Positions 41,686 to 45,614 of a DNA stretch of 45,614 nucleotides are shown here, piece after piece. The first letter of the stretch is position 1. Each line of letters begins with the position of its first letter. The stretch lies in NCBI GenBank assembly GCA_963697165.1, contig CAVOMX010000020.1, forward strand, positions 1 through 45,614. The letters run 5' to 3'. The translations under genes were made by a program, and so were the position numbers. The notes beneath the pieces were generated by a model, which was not told the DNA's origin, searched no databases, and worked only from the letters and a program-made list of their open reading frames with translations. This stretch comes from Candidatus Bathyarchaeota archaeon (lineage in GTDB: Archaea > Thermoproteota > Bathyarchaeia > Bathyarchaeales > Bathyarchaeaceae).

Positions 41686-42567
41686 CTATTTGTCTCCGGT
41701 CTTGTCAGGTGACTGACTATCAGTGGTTTCTTTGTTTTGGATGTACATCTTGATTTTTTCCACGATCTCCATGAATGCTTTTGCTGCAGGCGAATCAGGA
41801 TACTCCATAATAAATGGGCGCCCCAAGTCTGAGGCTTCACAGATTCGTGGATCAAGGGGTATACTTCCCAAAAATGGAACAGAAAATTCTTGAGCAACTT
41901 TTTTTCCTCCTCCAGTCTTGAAGATATGAGTCACTTTACCGCAATCCGGGCAGACGAAACCACTCATGTTTTCAATTATCCCAATCACCGGAACATTCAG
42001 TTGTCTGGAGAAGGTGATGGATTTTCCTACCACCGTTTGGGAAACCTCAGAAGGAATAGTTACGATGACAACGCCGTCCATTTCAGGAAGAAGCTTCATG
42101 ACACTCAAGGGTTCATCCCCAGTTCCAGGAGGTAAATCTATAAGAAGAAAATCCAGTTCGCCCCATGCAACCTCGGATAAGAATTGTTGGATGGCTCTCA
42201 TCTTCAATGGTCCTCGCCAAACGACAGGAACTTCTTTGCCTTCAAGCACGAACGCCATAGAAATAACCTTCACGCCCAAAGGACCCACTGCCGGAAATGC
42301 TCCTATCGGTCCCACCCTAAGTTTTTTGTCTTCCATTCCAAGCATCTTCGGAACGCAGGGACCATGAAGGTCAGCGTCCAAAAGACCGACGCGATTTTCG
42401 TGGCCTTGCAGGGCAAAAGCTATGGCTAAGTTTACTGCGGTAACGGTTTTTCCGACGCCTCCCTTGCCACTGATAACAGCTATTTTGTGCTTAATCTTCT
42501 TCATTCTTGTTCTGAGAACAGTCTGTTCATCAAGAGTACTAGTTTGGATATCTTCTGTTTCTTGCAT
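41686..42567 (-). CDS. mrp: Mrp/NBP35 Fe-S cluster carrier ATPase
   Basis: SGKGGVGKT, WRGP, DLPPGTGD, ENMSGFVCPDC. Confidence 0.94.
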   Translation of the reverse strand: MQETEDIQTSTLDEQTVLRTRMKKIKHKIAVISGKGGVGKTVTAVNLAIAFALQGHENRVGLLDADLHGPCVPKMLGMEDKKLRVGPIGAFPAVGPLGVKVISMAFVLEGKEVPVVWRGPLKMRAIQQFLSEVAWGELDFLLIDLPPGTGDEPLSVMKLLPEMDGVVIVTIPSEVSQTVVGKSITFSRQLNVPVIGIIENMSGFVCPDCGKVTHIFKTGGGKKVAQEFSVPFLGSIPLDPRICEASDLGRPFIMEYPDSPAAKAFMEIVEKIKMYIQNKETTDSQSPDKTGDK

Positions 42568-42728
42568 AAAATTACCTTGGAAGCTTTCTCTTATTGTTTT
42601 TTGGTTTATTTTTGCGGTTTAATAACTATTTCCGCGGGATAGAGGTTTCTTGTTCCATCAATATTTGTTTTGTTATAAAAGAACTTAAGGTGCTAAACAT
42701 ATCTAATCGTTTAGAAAGTGGTTAAACA

Positions 42729-43436
42729 TTGGATGTAAAAGGGTTTATTGACATCAGTTTCGTGGATTGGGACGGCAAAATTTCCTCGGTTATTTTCATT
42801 TCATGCTGCAATTTTCGTTGTCCCTTCTGTCATAACGTAAATCTTGTTCTTAATCCTGAAAAGCTTGATACTACCCCTTTTGAATACATAGAAGATCAGC
42901 TTAAGAAGCAGAAAGGATGGACAGATGGAGTGTGTATCACGGGAGGGGAACCGACCCTTCAAAGTAGTCTGCCAGAATTATGCTCCAGAATAAAGAAGAT
43001 GGGTTTTCTAGTTAAATTGGATACAAACGGAACCAACCCCACTCTGCTAAAAGAACTTATGGATAAAAAGCTCGTGGATTACATAGCCATGGACATAAAG
43101 GCGCCACTGACTACCGAAAAGTACTCTAAAGCAACTGGCATCAACGTAGAAAAAATGCTGGAAAACGTTAAAGAAAGCATTCGACTCTTGCTGGAGTCCA
43201 GCATGGATTATGAATTTAGGACCACGGTTGTTCCTACGATACATGATTTAGAGGACATAAAACAGATATGCCGCAGCTTGAAGGGGTGCAGGAAATATGT
43301 TTTGCAGAAGTTTGATGTTAGCATTGGAAAGACGGTTATAGACCCAGACTTAATGACGAAATCCTTAAGCGAAGAGGAAATGCAAAAGTTTCTGACTGCA
43401 GCTCAGGAAGTAATTCCAAATGCAAAACGCAGATGA
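42729..43436 (+). CDS. nrdG: Anaerobic ribonucleotide reductase activating radical SAM protein
   Basis: CNFRCPFCHN, TGGEPT, KLDTNG, AMDIKAP, YEFRTT. Confidence 0.88.
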   Translation: MDVKGFIDISFVDWDGKISSVIFISCCNFRCPFCHNVNLVLNPEKLDTTPFEYIEDQLKKQKGWTDGVCITGGEPTLQSSLPELCSRIKKMGFLVKLDTNGTNPTLLKELMDKKLVDYIAMDIKAPLTTEKYSKATGINVEKMLENVKESIRLLLESSMDYEFRTTVVPTIHDLEDIKQICRSLKGCRKYVLQKFDVSIGKTVIDPDLMTKSLSEEEMQKFLTAAQEVIPNAKRR

Positions 43437-43860
43437 AACGGTGACAGTTAACAAATGAAGGATGACTATGAACAAAACGGGTTAGACCTGATTTGTAAAA
43501 GGGGAAAGGGTACTCTCACCAAAGCCTGTACCACGCCACCCATGGAAGATCAATTTTTGGGTATCTCATTATATGAGATGATACAATTTTTGGGATTTAC
43601 GCTTGCAGAGCAGGTCTTCTTTTCGGTGAGAGCACAACATAACTATGGGTTGCCAACAACTAAAAGTTTGAATACATGAACGATTATATTCGAACAGAAA
43701 ATTGTTTCTAGTTTATACAAGGTTAGTTTTTTCTTCATATAGAAATTAGTTGTTTAATGAAGCTCTAGATATTATGGTGAGACTAGAAATGGATAAAATG
43801 TGTTTAAAAGCAGGCTGAAGATTTTTTGCACCAGAAAAATGAATCAAAATAACAGAAAAA

Positions 43861-43974
43861 TTAGATTATTGGCAGTTTAATTTTGAATGTTGTGCATTTT
43901 TGTTCCTTACTCTCTACTTCGATGCTGCCGCAATTGGCTTCAACAAACTTTTTACATGTAGTAGGATAATTTCC
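43861..43974 (-). pseudogene. 3' remnant of a sensor histidine kinase (HATPase_c end)
   Basis: CKKFVEANCGSIEVESKEQKCTTFKIKLPII* matches the ..ICKxIVEAHGGxIxVESxxGKGTTFxIxLP pattern. Confidence 0.7.
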
Positions 43975-44258
43975 GTGTGAACATGTAATTTAGCTAAGTA
44001 GATCATTTACGGGTTTAGCAGTTGGACGCACACAAAAGAACTCGCGTGCAACATCACGTTATAAATACATTCAATATTACATCTTTAACACAAAATATTC
44101 GTTCATTTATTAGAAATATTTATATGTAAATAGTTAATTATTTTGTTTTCTATTGAAACATTATTGAGAACGGTAATGAAGACGGGGAATTGGAATGAAT
44201 CAAACAAGAAACACATTTTGGCTATGTATTAGTCTCGATATGGAGGACATAAAATAGA

Positions 44259-45239
44259 ATGTCAGCCACCAAACAAGATTATGAAAAAATATTGCCGGAA
44301 TTACGGACCTTAGTTAACAAAGTTGTCCAAAAAAATATGGCTGAAGGAATTTTGTTTTCAGCTGGAACTGACACAAGCATAATAGCATATGAGGCAGTAA
44401 AATTCAACCCAAAGATTAAGGCGATAACTGTCGCATTCAAACAGGGAAAACCCAGAGATACTGAATATGTAAAGAAAATGGTTGAGTTTCTTAACCTTGA
44501 TCATGAATTTGTTGTGTTTGACATCGAAGAGGCAGTAAGTGCAGCAGAACAAGTAGTAAAAGTACTAAAAACTTATGATCCAATGGATGTCAGAAACACG
44601 CTCCCAGCGTACATAGGAATGACTGTTGCAAAAGAACAGGGGATAAACAGTGTTCTCACCGGTGACGCTTTGGATGAACTTTTTGGTTATCCTTGGCAAT
44701 TCCATTTATCCGAAACTGAGTTTGCCAAAGCACTCTCGGTTATGTGGAGTGGAATGTCGTTCTCGTCTGTACCTATGGGCAAATCAATTGGTGTTGCTAT
44801 AAGAGCACCCTATCTTGACCCGTTGTTCATGGATTACGCGAAGAAGCTTCCAGTCAAGTTCAAAGTAAATGTTGAAAACGGCGTAACATATGGCAAATGG
44901 CTAATGCGCAAAGCATATGATGGATTGATTCCAGACGAAGTTGTTTGGCGATCAAAAGCGCCACTAGAACAGGGAACAGGGACATGGGTTTTCCCTGATT
45001 ACTTTGACAAGAAGGTCGCAACTGAAGTTTTTGAAGAGAAAAAGAAACTTTACCTCGAAAAGGATGACGTAATTCTCTCAAGTAAAGAACAACTGATCTA
45101 TTACGAGATGTTCAGAAAACACTTCGGAAAACCCTCTGACGTATACAACGATAAAAGCGGAAAATACTGCCCGAACTGCAAAGGATATGTTAACACACCA
45201 CTTGGCTTCTGTAGAATTTGCGGAAATTACCCCATATAA
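44259..45239 (+). CDS. Asparagine synthase C-terminal (PP-loop) domain protein with zinc ribbon, lacking a glutaminase domain
   Basis: LFSAGTDTS, LTGDALDELFGY, RAPYLD, GKWLMRKAY, WRSKAP; CPNC-x10-CRIC. Confidence 0.85.
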   Translation: MSATKQDYEKILPELRTLVNKVVQKNMAEGILFSAGTDTSIIAYEAVKFNPKIKAITVAFKQGKPRDTEYVKKMVEFLNLDHEFVVFDIEEAVSAAEQVVKVLKTYDPMDVRNTLPAYIGMTVAKEQGINSVLTGDALDELFGYPWQFHLSETEFAKALSVMWSGMSFSSVPMGKSIGVAIRAPYLDPLFMDYAKKLPVKFKVNVENGVTYGKWLMRKAYDGLIPDEVVWRSKAPLEQGTGTWVFPDYFDKKVATEVFEEKKKLYLEKDDVILSSKEQLIYYEMFRKHFGKPSDVYNDKSGKYCPNCKGYVNTPLGFCRICGNYPI

Positions 45240-45336
45240 GAAATTAAAACAAATTCTCCATTTCTTTTAATCTAACAATTACGTGATTCGCTGAATTGCG
45301 TGATCAAAGGCAATATGAAACAAACAGACAAGTTAA

Positions 45337-45591
45337 CACTACTTTAGAACATTAGAAAACAACAATAGAATTCCACAATACCAAAGAAATTTTGCACAGC
45401 AAACAGTTGCTAGATCATAAAGAACTGGAGAACACTGAAATTGACAGGCAAATCATCATTTTGAAAGTGACAAGTGACATGAAGTAAACGCAAAGAACCA
45501 GCCGAGGAAAACAAACTTATAGAAGCTAGCTTTGAATATTTGCGCTAATGCGCCAAAAGACGAAGTGACTATATACATGAAACACAAATGA
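45337..45591 (+). pseudogene. Decayed C-terminal remnant of a tyrosine integrase
   Basis: HYFR-H*KTTIEFHNTKEILHSKQLLDHKELENTEI...EENKLIEASFEYLR..IYMKHK* aligns with HTFRHWKATMLYHQTKDILYVKEYLGH...EEIKALLEVGFEY..YFRKRK of the 7104-8258 integrase. Confidence 0.85.
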
Positions 45592-45614
45592 AAAAAGGCG
45601 TATAGTTCAAGGCT

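Noticed and set aside
43455..43679. 74-aa ORF after nrdG
   Set aside because: No recognisable motif; lies in a remnant-rich region, so coding status is unsupported.

Overview
Archaeal chromosomal segment. Gene content (short purA, eL22-like protein, Cgi121, ABCE1, zinc-ribbon tyrosine integrase) and frequent TTG starts with GGTGA/GAGG ribosome-binding sites suggest Bathyarchaeia, which is an inference. Bases 1-8258 look like the right end of an integrated mobile element. It holds a ParB-ABC ATPase-GNAT fusion, cargo genes separated by diverged direct copies of that gene's 3' end, a disrupted HEPN-type gene, a cas1 3' remnant missed by the ORF track, small DNA-binding genes and a tyrosine integrase. 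Bases ~8.3-43.4 kb are mostly housekeeping: cooC-like ATPase, radical SAM, Lrp, DNA ligase, APC permease, purA, eL22, mre11/rad50, USP, rtcA, htpX, two PRTases, cgi121, tsaC/sua5, ABCE1, MTAP, flavodoxin, SPFH, NikR, Mrp and NrdG. The last ~2 kb holds a histidine kinase remnant, an asparagine-synthase-like gene and a decayed integrase. Many core genes are split by single-base insertions, probably residual sequencing errors. No tRNA, rRNA or CRISPR array was seen. Family calls come from motif recognition only; no database searches were run.
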